Assembly: GCA_036374135.1 (NCBI GenBank)
Contig: DASUUK010000068.1
Coordinates: 20,628 to 84,627, forward strand
Reading direction: 5' to 3'
Length of the DNA: 64,000 nucleotides
From: Euzebyales bacterium
GTDB lineage: Bacteria; Actinomycetota; Nitriliruptoria; Euzebyales; JAHELV01
Shown here: one piece after another, positions 1-9,763 of the stretch
How the letters are laid out: every line of letters starts with the position of its first letter
Position numbering within the stretch: position 1 is the stretch's first letter
Made by a program: the position numbers and the translations under genes
Notes under the pieces: model-generated
The model's database searches: none
What the model was told of the DNA's origin: nothing
Seen by the model: the letters and a program-made list of their open reading frames with translations, nothing else

Positions 1-1
1 C

Positions 2-1387
2 GAGCTCGACGACGCTGACGTGCGTGCGATCCTCGACGCCGCGCTGTCCTCAGGTGGCCAGTTCGCCGACCTGTACGTCGAACAGCGACGCAGCCGCTCG
101 GTGGGCGTCGACGACCAACGGGTCGAGGACCTGGTCACGGGCCTCGACCGCGGTGGTGGCGTGCGCGTGATCGCCGACGGCCGCACCGCCTATGCGTTCA
201 CCAACGTGCTGACGCGTGAGGCGCTGATCGACGCCGCGCGCACCGCGGCGGCAGGGATCGACGGGCGCGATCGCGCGACGATCGCCGACCTGCGCACCGT
301 GCAGCCGCCCTACAGCCATCCGGCACGGCGTGACCCGGCGGAGCTCGACGGTCCGGGCATGGCCGACATCGTGCGGCGCATCGACGAGGCAGCGCGCGAC
401 GTCGACGGTGCGGTCCGGCAGGTCGGCGCGACCTACGGCGACACGACCCAGGACGTGCTGCTGGTCAACTCGGAAGGTCACCGCCACACCGAGCACCGCG
501 TGCGCACGCGGCTGGCCGCGCGCGTGGTCGCGGCCCGCGACGACGTCGTCCAGACCGGGCTCGAGGCGCCGGGCGCCGCGGCCGGCCTCGAACTGCTCGA
601 CGAGCACCCGCCCGACCAGGTGGGCCGCCGCGCCGCCGAGCGTGCCGTGCTGATGCTCGACTCCCGGCCGGCGCCTGCGGAGGACATGACGGTCGTGCTC
701 GCGCCCGGCAGTGGCGGCGTGCTGTTCCACGAGGCGTGCGGCCACGGCATGGAGGCCGACATCGTCGCCAAGGGCGCCAGCGTCTACCAGGGCCGCCGCG
801 GCGACAAGATCGGCTCCGACCTGATCTCCGGGGTCGACGACGCCACGATCGCCAACGCGTGGGGCAGCTTCGGCTTCGACGACGAGGGGACGCCGGCGCA
901 GCGCACCGTCCTGTTCGACCGTGGTGTGTGCACCGACTACATGACCGATCGGCTGCGTGCCGACGAACTGGGCCTGGCACGCAGCGGCAACGCGCGTCGC
1001 CAGTCCTACGCGCACCTGCCGATCCCGCGGATGACCAACACGTACATCCTGCCGGGTGACGACGATCCCGACGAGATCGTGCGGGCGGTGCGACGCGGGC
1101 TGTTCTGCGACCAGCTGGGTGGGGGACAGGTGGACCCCGCATCCGGCGACTTCGTGTTCGGCGTGGCGGTCGCGTGGCTGATCGAGGACGGCGAGCTGAC
1201 CCACCCGGTGCGCGGGGCCAACCTGGTCGGCGACGGTCCGTCGATCCTCGCCCGCGTCGACGCGGTGGGCACGGACTTCGACGTGCGGGAGGGCATCTGC
1301 GGCAAGGACGGTCAGGGCGTCCCGGCCGGCCTGGGCAACCCCACGGTCCGCATCAGCCGCATCACGGTGGGAGGGACGGGCGCGTGA
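2..1387 (+). CDS. tldD: TldD family metalloprotease (5' end probably lies outside the window)
   Basis: HEACGH (HExxxH) zinc motif, RMTNTY, and C-terminal CGKDGQ; the frame is open to the window edge (ELDDADVRAILDAAL...). Confidence 0.92.
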   Translation, partial: ELDDADVRAILDAALSSGGQFADLYVEQRRSRSVGVDDQRVEDLVTGLDRGGGVRVIADGRTAYAFTNVLTREALIDAARTAAAGIDGRDRATIADLRTVQPPYSHPARRDPAELDGPGMADIVRRIDEAARDVDGAVRQVGATYGDTTQDVLLVNSEGHRHTEHRVRTRLAARVVAARDDVVQTGLEAPGAAAGLELLDEHPPDQVGRRAAERAVLMLDSRPAPAEDMTVVLAPGSGGVLFHEACGHGMEADIVAKGASVYQGRRGDKIGSDLISGVDDATIANAWGSFGFDDEGTPAQRTVLFDRGVCTDYMTDRLRADELGLARSGNARRQSYAHLPIPRMTNTYILPGDDDPDEIVRAVRRGLFCDQLGGGQVDPASGDFVFGVAVAWLIEDGELTHPVRGANLVGDGPSILARVDAVGTDFDVREGICGKDGQGVPAGLGNPTVRISRITVGGTGA

Positions 1388-1439
1388 TGGCCGGACATCG
1401 CACCGCTCAGCGGTCGTCCCGCGGACGTGGGGGTAGGTC

Positions 1440-2813
1440 ATGAGTGCTGACGAGTTGCTGGGCGTGCTGGACCGCATCGTCGATCGCGCGAGGGCCGACG
1501 AGGGCGTCGAGGCGTTCGGGCTGGACGAGACCGAGACCACCGTCAAGGCGCACGACGGCGCGGTCGAGTCGCTGTCGAGCGCCCGGCGTAGGGGTGTCGG
1601 CATCCGCGTCGTCAGTGACCGTCGTGTGGGCTACTGCTACACCGTCGATCTGTCGGACGATGCGCTGGCCGCCGCGCTGGACGAGGCACGCGACAACGCC
1701 TCGGTCGGCACACCCGACGACGGCAACGTGCTGCCCGGTCCGCGACCGGTGGACGACTTCGACGAGGACCAGCTGTACGACGCCGCAGTCGAGCGTGTCA
1801 CGCCCGACGAGAAGGTCGAGGCGGCCATCGCGGTGGAGCAGGCCACCCGTGGCGGCGGTCGGCACATCACCGGGACCGACGCGGCGCGCTATGGCGACAG
1901 CGTGCGGATCGCCGCGATCGCGTCCAGCACCGGCGTGCGCGCCGACTACCGGCGCAGCGACGCCTACCTGCTGGTCGAGGCGCTCGCCGGTCGCGACGGG
2001 TCGACGACCAGCGCGCTCGGACTGTCGATGGGGCGCAGCCTCGCCGAGCTCGACACTGATGCCACTGCCGCCGAGGCCGTGGACCGCGCCACGCGCCTGC
2101 TGGGTGGCACCGCGCCGTCGACCGCGCGGCTGCCGGTGGTGTTCGACCCATTCGTCACGGCGTCGTTCCTCGGGCTGGTGGCCGGCGGGCTGACCGCCGA
2201 GGCCGTCCAGCGCGGCCGCAGCCTGTTCGCCGGCAAGGTCGGCGAGCAGCTCGCCCCGTCGTTCGTGCAGCTCGTGGACGACGGCCGGCTGGTGGGGGGT
2301 CCGGCTGCGGCGCCGTGGGACGGGGAGGGCACACCGACGCAGCGGACAGTGCTGCTGGAGGATGGCGTGCTGCGGGGCTACCTGCACCACGTCGCCAGCG
2401 CCGTGCGCGACGGCACGTCCAGCACGGGCAACGCCAGCCGCCCGAGTTACAGCGCGCCTCCGGGGCTGAGCCCGACCAACTTCTACATCGAGCCGGGTAC
2501 GACGAGCCCGGCCGGGCTGATCGCCGACATCGACACCGGTTTCTACTGCCAGCAGGTGATGGGCCTGCACTCGGGTGCGAATCCCATCACCGGGGACTTC
2601 AGCGTGGGCGCCGCGGGTGTGATGATCCGCGACGGCGTGTTCGCCGAGGCGGTGCGCGAGGCCACCATCGCCGGTTCGATCCCGCAGATGCTGGAGCAGT
2701 TGATCGCGGTCGGCGACGACCTGCGCTTCCTGCCGTTCGGTGGCGCGATGGGTGGCGCGACGCTCGTGGTGGACGGCATGACGCTCGCGGGCGGGGCACA
2801 GGGGGACGCATGA
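1440..2813 (+). CDS. pmbA: PmbA/TldE family protein
   Basis: TldD/PmbA-type motifs (WDGEG, GLHSGANPITGDFSVG, EATIAG), no HExxxH motif, and directly downstream of tldD. Confidence 0.9.
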   Translation: MSADELLGVLDRIVDRARADEGVEAFGLDETETTVKAHDGAVESLSSARRRGVGIRVVSDRRVGYCYTVDLSDDALAAALDEARDNASVGTPDDGNVLPGPRPVDDFDEDQLYDAAVERVTPDEKVEAAIAVEQATRGGGRHITGTDAARYGDSVRIAAIASSTGVRADYRRSDAYLLVEALAGRDGSTTSALGLSMGRSLAELDTDATAAEAVDRATRLLGGTAPSTARLPVVFDPFVTASFLGLVAGGLTAEAVQRGRSLFAGKVGEQLAPSFVQLVDDGRLVGGPAAAPWDGEGTPTQRTVLLEDGVLRGYLHHVASAVRDGTSSTGNASRPSYSAPPGLSPTNFYIEPGTTSPAGLIADIDTGFYCQQVMGLHSGANPITGDFSVGAAGVMIRDGVFAEAVREATIAGSIPQMLEQLIAVGDDLRFLPFGGAMGGATLVVDGMTLAGGAQGDA

Positions 2814-3631
2814 GGTTCGCAACGCTCCGGCACGGGGACGGGACGACCACGGCGGCCAGGCTCGACGGCGACCGGTTGGTCCCCGTCGAGGCCGCCGACG
2901 CCGTGACGGCGCTGATGACCGGTGCCGGCGACGACGTGTCGGCGGAGGACGTCGCGGTGGCCGACGCCGATCTGGCGCCTGTCGTCGTCAACCCTCCCAA
3001 GATCGTGTGCCTGGGGCTCAACTACGAGACACACATCACCGAGATGGGCCGGGACCTGCCGGAGCACCCGACGTGCTTCGCCAAGTTCGCGGTGGCGTTG
3101 ATCGGCGCCCGCGACGACATCGTGCTTCCGTCGGTGTCGACGAAGCCCGATCACGAGGTCGAACTGGCGCTCGTGATCGGTCGGCGCGCACGCAACGTCG
3201 ACGCGCCCGACGCGTCGGATGTGATCGCCGGCTACACGATCATGAACGACGTGTCGATGCGCGACTGGCAGTTCCGCACACAGCAGTGGCTGCAGGGCAA
3301 GACGTTCGACCGGACCACCCCGCTCGGTCCGGTCCTGGTGACCGGCGACGAGATCGACCACGCCCGGGACCTGGCGATCAGCTGCGCGGTCGACGGCGAT
3401 GTGCGTCAGTCGGCGCGGACGAGCGACCTTGTGTTCCCCCCGGCGGAGGTCGTGTCGTACCTGAGTCGGATCATGACGCTGCAGCCCGGCGACGTGATCT
3501 CCACGGGGACGCCGGGCGGCGTCGGCGCGGGCTGTGACCCGCCCCGCTTCCTGCAACCCGGTCAGGTGGTCCACACGCAGATCGAGGGCATCGGCGAGCT
3601 GGTCAACACCTGTGTCGCCGACACGACCTGA
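2810..3631 (+). CDS. Fumarylacetoacetate hydrolase family protein
   Basis: Motifs KIVCLGLNY..H, EVELALVIG, NDVSMRDWQ, GKTFD, TGTPGG; ATG at 2810 overlaps the pmbA stop (ATGA). Confidence 0.92.
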   Translation: MRFATLRHGDGTTTAARLDGDRLVPVEAADAVTALMTGAGDDVSAEDVAVADADLAPVVVNPPKIVCLGLNYETHITEMGRDLPEHPTCFAKFAVALIGARDDIVLPSVSTKPDHEVELALVIGRRARNVDAPDASDVIAGYTIMNDVSMRDWQFRTQQWLQGKTFDRTTPLGPVLVTGDEIDHARDLAISCAVDGDVRQSARTSDLVFPPAEVVSYLSRIMTLQPGDVISTGTPGGVGAGCDPPRFLQPGQVVHTQIEGIGELVNTCVADTT

Positions 3632-3639
3632 CCGCGGGA

Positions 3640-4527
3640 TCAGGCGCCGAGCGATAGCGCGATCAGGCTCGCGACGCCGACGACGACGCAGTACACCGCG
3701 AAGCCGGTGAGGCGGTCCCGGGCGACGAGCGCGAGCAGCCAGCGGATCGCCAGGTAGCCGGACACGAACGCTGCCAGGATGCCTGCCGCGATCGCGGGTG
3801 CGCCGAACACGCGGTTGCCCGCCGTCAGGTCCGGCAGGCTCACGATGGTCGCACCGACCAGGGCCGGCAGCGCCAGCAGGAACGAGAACCTGGTGGCCGC
3901 GGGCCGCGTCAGCCCCGCACCCATGCCCGTCGCGATGGTCGTGCCGGATCGCGAGACCCCGGGGAACAGGGCGAAGCACTGCCCGACGCCGATGATCAGC
4001 GCGTGCCGGATGCCGATCCGATCCAGCGTCATGCCCTCGTGATCGCCGGCGTCGTAGCCGACCATGATCTGCTTGCGGTCGGTCGGCGGGCGCGCCGCCG
4101 TGATGCCTCCACGTCGCGTGCGTGCGGCCTCGCCTAGCACCAGCAACGCCCCGGTCGCGATCAGGAACGTCGCGGCCGTCGTCGGGGATTCGAACGCGGC
4201 CTCGACGACGTCGCCGAGCAGCACGCCGATGATCGCCACCGGCACGCTGCCGACGGCCAGCAGTGCCGCGAGGCGGCGGTGATAGGGGATGAGGACGGGG
4301 TCACCGATGCCGAAGACTGCCGCGAGCATCAACTTCAGGTCGGTGCGGAAGTAGAGCACGACCGCCGCGAACGTGCCCAGGTGGAGCGCGACGTCGAACG
4401 CGATCCCCGGGGTCTCGATGCCCAGGAAGTGCGGCACGAGCACGAGGTGCCCGCTCGACGAGACGGGGATGAACTCGGTCAGGCCCTGGATGAGCCCGAG
4501 CAGGACGGCACGGAGCACTTCGCCCAC
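3640..4527 (-). CDS. uppP: Undecaprenyl-diphosphate phosphatase (BacA/UppP)
   Basis: GLIQGLTEFIPVSSSGH and PGVSRSG motifs; GTG at 4527 is preceded by GAGG. Confidence 0.95.
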   Translation of the reverse strand: MGEVLRAVLLGLIQGLTEFIPVSSSGHLVLVPHFLGIETPGIAFDVALHLGTFAAVVLYFRTDLKLMLAAVFGIGDPVLIPYHRRLAALLAVGSVPVAIIGVLLGDVVEAAFESPTTAATFLIATGALLVLGEAARTRRGGITAARPPTDRKQIMVGYDAGDHEGMTLDRIGIRHALIIGVGQCFALFPGVSRSGTTIATGMGAGLTRPAATRFSFLLALPALVGATIVSLPDLTAGNRVFGAPAIAAGILAAFVSGYLAIRWLLALVARDRLTGFAVYCVVVGVASLIALSLGA

Positions 4528-4660
4528 GGCTGGATCGGTCCTCGAGGTCGCCCGGATGCTCCGGCCGAACGGCCGGAGATGACGGACACGAGCATAGGCT
4601 CTCGCCCGCCGGTGCGTGCAGGTCCGGATCGGTCGACCGGCACCGTCGCGGGTTGCGCGA

Positions 4661-5311
4661 TCACGGCGGCGCCTGTGTGAGCAGCACATCACCACCCGCC
4701 AGTCCCCGCATGGTCGCCGCCACCTCGGCCGTCGCCAGCCCCACGAGCGCGACGGGATCGTCCCCGGCGGACACGCGAAGCACAGGTCGGCGCTCGGCCA
4801 CGCGCCGTGACCGGTCCGGTGCGGCCTCGAGCACCCAGACGTCGACCGTTCCACCCGCCGTGACCTCCAACCCCGGTGGGACGGGCAGCGGCACGGCGCG
4901 CAGCTCCGGGTCGAGGCCAGCTGCCGGGCCCTCGGGTGACAGGTGCGCCCTGGTCAGCACCGCACTGGCGGGTAGCGCGAGCGCGAGTCGCTCGTCGCCG
5001 TCGACCGAGCGCGGGGCGTCGGCCGGCACCATCGCCGGTGGCAGCAGCACCGACCGCACCTGCGGACGGTCACCGACGTTGGCGTGCTCGACGGCGATCA
5101 GCGCGCGACGGGCGGGTCCGCCCCAGCGACGGTGCACGTGCGCGGTCCACCACTGACCGACCGCGACGACGGCCAGGAACGCCGCGACGAGCGCGAGCGC
5201 GCGTCGGCGTGGCGTCGTCCGCCACCAGCGTTCGCTGCACGCGTCGAGCGCCGCGGGCAGGGCGTATGGTGGCCCGTCGAGGTGGCGTCGCAGGTGGGAC
5301 AGTGAGCGCAT
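4661..5311 (-). CDS. SAF-domain protein (CpaB-like)
   Basis: N-terminal TM helix, SAF-like segment, LEVTAGGTVDV motif; position next to FmdB matches the actinobacterial SAF-FmdB-5-FCL cluster. Start is estimated. Confidence 0.65.
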   Translation of the reverse strand: MRSLSHLRRHLDGPPYALPAALDACSERWWRTTPRRRALALVAAFLAVVAVGQWWTAHVHRRWGGPARRALIAVEHANVGDRPQVRSVLLPPAMVPADAPRSVDGDERLALALPASAVLTRAHLSPEGPAAGLDPELRAVPLPVPPGLEVTAGGTVDVWVLEAAPDRSRRVAERRPVLRVSAGDDPVALVGLATAEVAATMRGLAGGDVLLTQAPP

Positions 5312-5432
5312 GGCCCGGCAGGCTGACAGCCTGCCGCCGGGCGTGCACGGCGAGGCCATGCCGGGGTGTTGACAACGTCACCGCCGTGCCGGTCCGGACG
5401 CGCCGGCGGTCCGTGGCGGGGTGTCCTCGGAG

Positions 5433-6242
5433 CTACGGCGAGAACTGGGCGCCGTCGAGGGCGCGCAGCGTCGGCCGGCCGGGCGACAGGGGCAGCCGGG
5501 GCACCATTGCGAAGAGCAGGTCGCGCAGGCGGGAGTTGTTCGCAGCGAAGACCTCCACCACCCGGTCCTTGCTGACCGGTGGCACGCTGGGGTCGTCCTC
5601 GAGACCGACGTCGTAATCGGTGATCAGTGAGACGTTGACGGCGGCCATCTGCAGCTCCCTGGCCAGCGCGACCTCGGGGTACTGCGTCATGTTGATGACC
5701 TCCCAGCCCATCGACGAGTAGAAGCGCGACTCGGCGCGGGTCGAGAACCGCGGCCCCTCGATCACCACGACCGTGCCGCGGTCGTGGACGGGGATGCGCA
5801 GGTCGCGGGCGCACTGCACGGCGACCTGCCGCATCTCCTCGTCGTAGGGGTCGGCGAGTGAGACGTGGGTCACGGGCGTCTCGTCGTGGAACGTGTCGAC
5901 GCGGTTGCGGGTTCGGTCGACGACCTGGTCGGCGACGACGAAGTGACCCGGCATCACGTCGGGCTGCAGTGAGCCGGCCGCACACGGCAGGATGACGTCG
6001 GTGGCGCCGAGCTCCGACAGGGCCCAGAGGTTCGCGCGGTAGTTGATGCGGTGCGGCGGCAGCTCGTGGTTCGGGCCGTGGCGTGGCAGAAAGCCGACCG
6101 CGCGCCCGTCGATCTCACCGATGACCACGGGCGCGGACGTCGCGCCGTACGGCGTCTCCGGGGTCACCTCACGGGCGTCGTCGAGCAGTTCGTAGAAGCC
6201 CGAGCCGCCGATGATGCCGACCGCGATCGCGCCGGGCGCCAT
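5433..6242 (-). CDS. mtnP: S-methyl-5'-thioadenosine phosphorylase
   Basis: GIIGGSG, FLPRHG, INYRANLWAL, IEGPRFSTRAES, INMT, ITDYD motifs. Confidence 0.93.
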   Translation of the reverse strand: MAPGAIAVGIIGGSGFYELLDDAREVTPETPYGATSAPVVIGEIDGRAVGFLPRHGPNHELPPHRINYRANLWALSELGATDVILPCAAGSLQPDVMPGHFVVADQVVDRTRNRVDTFHDETPVTHVSLADPYDEEMRQVAVQCARDLRIPVHDRGTVVVIEGPRFSTRAESRFYSSMGWEVINMTQYPEVALARELQMAAVNVSLITDYDVGLEDDPSVPPVSKDRVVEVFAANNSRLRDLLFAMVPRLPLSPGRPTLRALDGAQFSP

Positions 6243-6244
6243 CC

Positions 6245-6571
6245 TCAGGCGCTCTTGGCGTCGGTCGATGCGGCCGTGTCCGACGACGTGCTCTTCGCGC
6301 TGTCGGCCGTCGAGCTCGACGAGTCCGACGAGCCGGATCCGTCACCGTCCGACGACCGCGACGACCCGCTCGTCGAGCCGCTGCGCGACCGCTCGTTGCG
6401 GGTGTCGGTGACGTAGTAGCCCGAACCCTTGAAGATGATCCCAGCGGCGCTGAAGACCTTGCGCAACTGCCCTCCGCAGTGCTGGCAGGTCTGCAGCGGG
6501 TCGTCACTGAACGACTGCACGACCTCGAGGTGCCGTCCGCAGTCGCGGCACGCGTACTCGTACGTTGGCAT
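6245..6571 (-). CDS. FmdB family zinc-ribbon protein
   Basis: MPTYEYAC..C...C..CGG.LRKVFS..GIIFKGSGYY.TD signature followed by a Ser-rich tail. Confidence 0.92.
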   Translation of the reverse strand: MPTYEYACRDCGRHLEVVQSFSDDPLQTCQHCGGQLRKVFSAAGIIFKGSGYYVTDTRNERSRSGSTSGSSRSSDGDGSGSSDSSSSTADSAKSTSSDTAASTDAKSA

Positions 6572-6759
6572 GGTTGCTGCTCCCGGCGTTGAAACGGGTG
6601 TGACCGGCCCGACCGGTCCACCGGGCCCGGGCACGCGGGGGTGGCCGCGGCCGGGGCCGACCGGGGTTCGGCGGCGCACCCGGCCGTGCGGGACTGTCAC
6701 GTCCGCGCGCCAGTATGCCGAGTTGGTGCACGCCGCGGGCGCACGGGCCCCGGCAGAGG

Positions 6760-7350
6760 TCACGTCACGACCACGCCCTCCTCGGTGACGACCATGTCGA
6801 CCGGCACGTCACGGTCGTCACGCGGCACGCGGTCGACGATCTGCGTGGCGAAGGCGACGCCGATGACGGGGGTCTCCGGCCGCAGCCGCAGCAGCAGCCC
6901 GTCGTAGAACCCACCCCCGTAGCCGAGCCGGCCTCCCGCGCGGTCGAACGCGACGCCCGGAGCGACGACCACGTCCAGCCGGTCCACCCGGGCGGGGCGG
7001 CGGCCACGCCGGACGGGCTCGCGGATGCCCATCCGCCCCGGCACGAGATCGGCGTCGAGATCCGTCACCCGCATCATCTCGAGCCACGGCGGCGACATCC
7101 GGGCGATGTAGGGCAGGAACACCCCGACGCCCAGGGCGATGCGGTCGACCAGGAAGGGGTCGAGCGCGACCTCCGACCCGAAGGACGCGAACGCCAGCAG
7201 GGTCCTGGCCGTGCTGACCTCGGGGAGCTGCGACAGACGTGCACGCACCGCCGCGCTGGCGCGCGCGTGCACGTCGTGTGCCAGGGCGTCGCGGCGCGCG
7301 AGCAGCTCCCGCCGCACCCGGGCCTTCTGGTCGCGCACCAGCTCCACCAC
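6760..7350 (-). CDS. ygfA: 5-formyltetrahydrofolate cyclo-ligase
   Basis: K..VRRELLARR, SFGSEV, DVVVAPGVAFDRAGGRLGYGGGFYD motifs. Start is estimated. Confidence 0.92.
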   Translation of the reverse strand: MVELVRDQKARVRRELLARRDALAHDVHARASAAVRARLSQLPEVSTARTLLAFASFGSEVALDPFLVDRIALGVGVFLPYIARMSPPWLEMMRVTDLDADLVPGRMGIREPVRRGRRPARVDRLDVVVAPGVAFDRAGGRLGYGGGFYDGLLLRLRPETPVIGVAFATQIVDRVPRDDRDVPVDMVVTEEGVVVT

Positions 7351-7558
7351 CCGTCGGCAGGCCCCGTCGGGGACCCGTGAGCGTGCCTTCGCCGCACCGC
7401 AGGGAGGGTCCGGCCGGCCACCTGAACGGCGCCGGGGCAGCGTAGCCCGCGCGCCGTCCGGGCACCCGCGTTCCGGCGGGCGGGTCGACCCCGTAGACTT
7501 CCGTCCAGCCACATCCGACCGCAGCTGATCCCGGTCGGAAGTCGACGAGGCGAGAGGC

Positions 7559-8440
7559 ATGGCGTTGCGAGCGCGCAAGGCGGTCATCCCGGCCGCGGGT
7601 CTGGGCACCCGGTTCCTGCCTGCCACGAAGTCACAGCCCAAAGAGATGCTGCCACTCGTGGACAAGCCCGCGGTGCAGTACACCGTCGAGGAGGCGGTGA
7701 CGGCGGGCATCGACGACCTGTTGGTGGTCACGGGTCGTGGCACGCGGTCGTTGGAGGATCACTTCGATCGGGACGAGCAGCTCGAGGCCAGCCTGGCGGC
7801 CGACGGCCGTGACGATCTGCTCGCGGCGATCCGCCAGCCCGCGATGCTGGCGCGCCTCCACTACGTGCGACAGGGCCGGCCGCTGGGCCTTGGTCACGCC
7901 GTGGGATGTGCCCGAAACCACGTCGGTGACGAGCCGTTCGCCGTGCTGCTGGGTGACGACGTCCTCGGCGACGGTGGGCAGTTGCTGCGGCGGATGACCG
8001 AGCTCAACTCCGTGACCGAACGCACGGTGCTCGCCGTCACGGAGTTCGACGACGACCAGTTGCACAAGTACGGCGTGATCGCGGGTGAGCCCGATCCGAG
8101 CGACCCCGACGTCTATCACGTCACCGACATGGTCGAGAAGCCCGGGCCGACCAGCGCGCCCTCCAACCTGTGCATCATCGGCAGGTACGTGCTGACACCC
8201 GACATCTTCGATCAGATCGACGCGCTGCACCCGGGACAGGGTGGTGAGATCCAGCTCACCGATGCGATGCGGGCGCAAGCGCTCGAGAAGCCGATCCGGG
8301 CGATCCGATACACGGGTCCACGCTTCGATCTGGGGAGCAAGGCCGACTGGCTGCGGGCGACCGTGCGCCTGGCGACCGAGCGTGCTGATCTGGGTCCTGA
8401 GTTCCGGGCCTTCCTGCGTGAGGTGGTGCAGTCGTGGTGA
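7559..8440 (+). CDS. galU: UTP--glucose-1-phosphate uridylyltransferase
   Basis: KAVIPAAGLGTRFLPATKSQPKEMLP, PLGLGHAV, MVEKP, GEIQLTDA motifs. Confidence 0.96.
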   Translation: MALRARKAVIPAAGLGTRFLPATKSQPKEMLPLVDKPAVQYTVEEAVTAGIDDLLVVTGRGTRSLEDHFDRDEQLEASLAADGRDDLLAAIRQPAMLARLHYVRQGRPLGLGHAVGCARNHVGDEPFAVLLGDDVLGDGGQLLRRMTELNSVTERTVLAVTEFDDDQLHKYGVIAGEPDPSDPDVYHVTDMVEKPGPTSAPSNLCIIGRYVLTPDIFDQIDALHPGQGGEIQLTDAMRAQALEKPIRAIRYTGPRFDLGSKADWLRATVRLATERADLGPEFRAFLREVVQSW

Positions 8441-9759
8441 GCCAACCATCCGCCGACCGACCTGACGACGACGTGCACGACGCACCGCCCGACCAGCATG
8501 GCGGTGCCCAAGACGAGGTCAGCCACCACGACCACGGTCCGCCCGCGTCCGAGCTGGTTCCGCTGTCGGAGTACCTGCAGGGCATCATCGACGCGGTCTC
8601 TCCGCTGCCGCCGATCCAGCTGTCGCTGCTGGATGCGTCAGGCTGCGCGCTGGCCGCCGACGTCGTCGCGCACACCGACGTCCCACCGTTCGACAACTCG
8701 GCGATGGACGGCTACGCCGTGGTCGCCGACGCCGCGGACGGGTGGCTGCCCGTCGTCGGCGAGGTCGCGGCCGGCGACGACGAGCCGATGCCCGCCGAGC
8801 CCGGCACCGCCGTCGGGGTGATGACCGGTGCCGTGATGCCACCGGGTGCGGACGCGGTCGTGCCGGTCGAGCAGGTCGAGCGCGATGGCGACCGGGTCCG
8901 GGTGACGTCGCCGCCCGCGCACGGTGCCCACATCCGTCGCGCCGGCGAGTCGGTGCGCGCCGGCGAGACGATCCTGGTCACCGGCACCGTGCTCGACGCC
9001 GCGAGCGTCGGCATGCTCGCCGCGTTGGGTCACTCGTACGTCTCGGTCTACCCGCAGCCGCGCGTGGTCGTGGTGTCGACCGGCGAGGAGCTCGCCGACC
9101 CCGGGACCGAGCGGTCAGCCGGGGCGATCTACGATGCGAACAGCTACGTGCTGACCGTGCTGGCGCGTGACACCGGCGCGCAGACGCTGCGGCGCATGAT
9201 CGCCTCGGACGACAAGGCCGACCTGCGTGAGACGATCGAGGAACTGCTGCCCCACGCGGACGTGCTCGTGACGACCGGCGGCGTCAGCGCCGGCCGCTAC
9301 GACATGGTCAAGGTGGTCCTCGCCGAGCTCGGTGACGTGCAGTTCCGCAAGGTCGGCATGCGGCCGGGCATGCCGCAGGCGTTCGGCTTCATCGAGGCGG
9401 ACCCCGACCGCTACATCCCGTGCTTCGGTCTGCCGGGCAACCCCGTCAGCGCGTACGTCAGCTTCGAGGTCTTCGTCCGCCCGACCATCCGTCGGCTGCA
9501 GGGCCGCCGCGACCTCAGCCGGCCGCGTATCAGCGCGGCGCTCGAGGCCCCGTTGGACTCGGTCGCAGACAAGGTGGAGTTCACCCGCGTCACGCTGCGA
9601 CGGCGGGACGGGGAGTGGCAGGCGCGGCCGACCGGCGCGCAGGGCAGCGGCATCCTGCGCTCGCTGGTCGATGCGGACGGCCTCGCCGAGGTGCCGGCCG
9701 ACCGGGACCGCCTGGAGATCGGCGAGCGGGTCGTCGTGCACCTGCTGCGCAGCGTGTGA
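8437..9759 (+). CDS. moeA: Molybdopterin molybdotransferase MoeA / gephyrin-like Glp
   Basis: PPFDNSAMDGYAV, MTGAVMP.GADAVVP.E, STGEEL, TTGGVSAG, GLPGNPVSA, QGSG motifs; GTGA overlap with the galU stop. Confidence 0.95.
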   Translation: MSQPSADRPDDDVHDAPPDQHGGAQDEVSHHDHGPPASELVPLSEYLQGIIDAVSPLPPIQLSLLDASGCALAADVVAHTDVPPFDNSAMDGYAVVADAADGWLPVVGEVAAGDDEPMPAEPGTAVGVMTGAVMPPGADAVVPVEQVERDGDRVRVTSPPAHGAHIRRAGESVRAGETILVTGTVLDAASVGMLAALGHSYVSVYPQPRVVVVSTGEELADPGTERSAGAIYDANSYVLTVLARDTGAQTLRRMIASDDKADLRETIEELLPHADVLVTTGGVSAGRYDMVKVVLAELGDVQFRKVGMRPGMPQAFGFIEADPDRYIPCFGLPGNPVSAYVSFEVFVRPTIRRLQGRRDLSRPRISAALEAPLDSVADKVEFTRVTLRRRDGEWQARPTGAQGSGILRSLVDADGLAEVPADRDRLEIGERVVVHLLRSV

Positions 9760-9763
9760 CGCT

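Noticed and set aside
50-2822. Long antisense ORFs over tldD/pmbA (and similar ones over most genes)
   Set aside because: They have no recognisable motifs and fully overlap well-supported genes; stop-poor GC-rich DNA produces such ORFs throughout the window.
6572-6760. CIRCE (HrcA) operator upstream of the FmdB gene
   Set aside because: It was expected from mycobacterial synteny, but no TTAGCACTC-N9-GAGTGCTAA-like palindrome is present.
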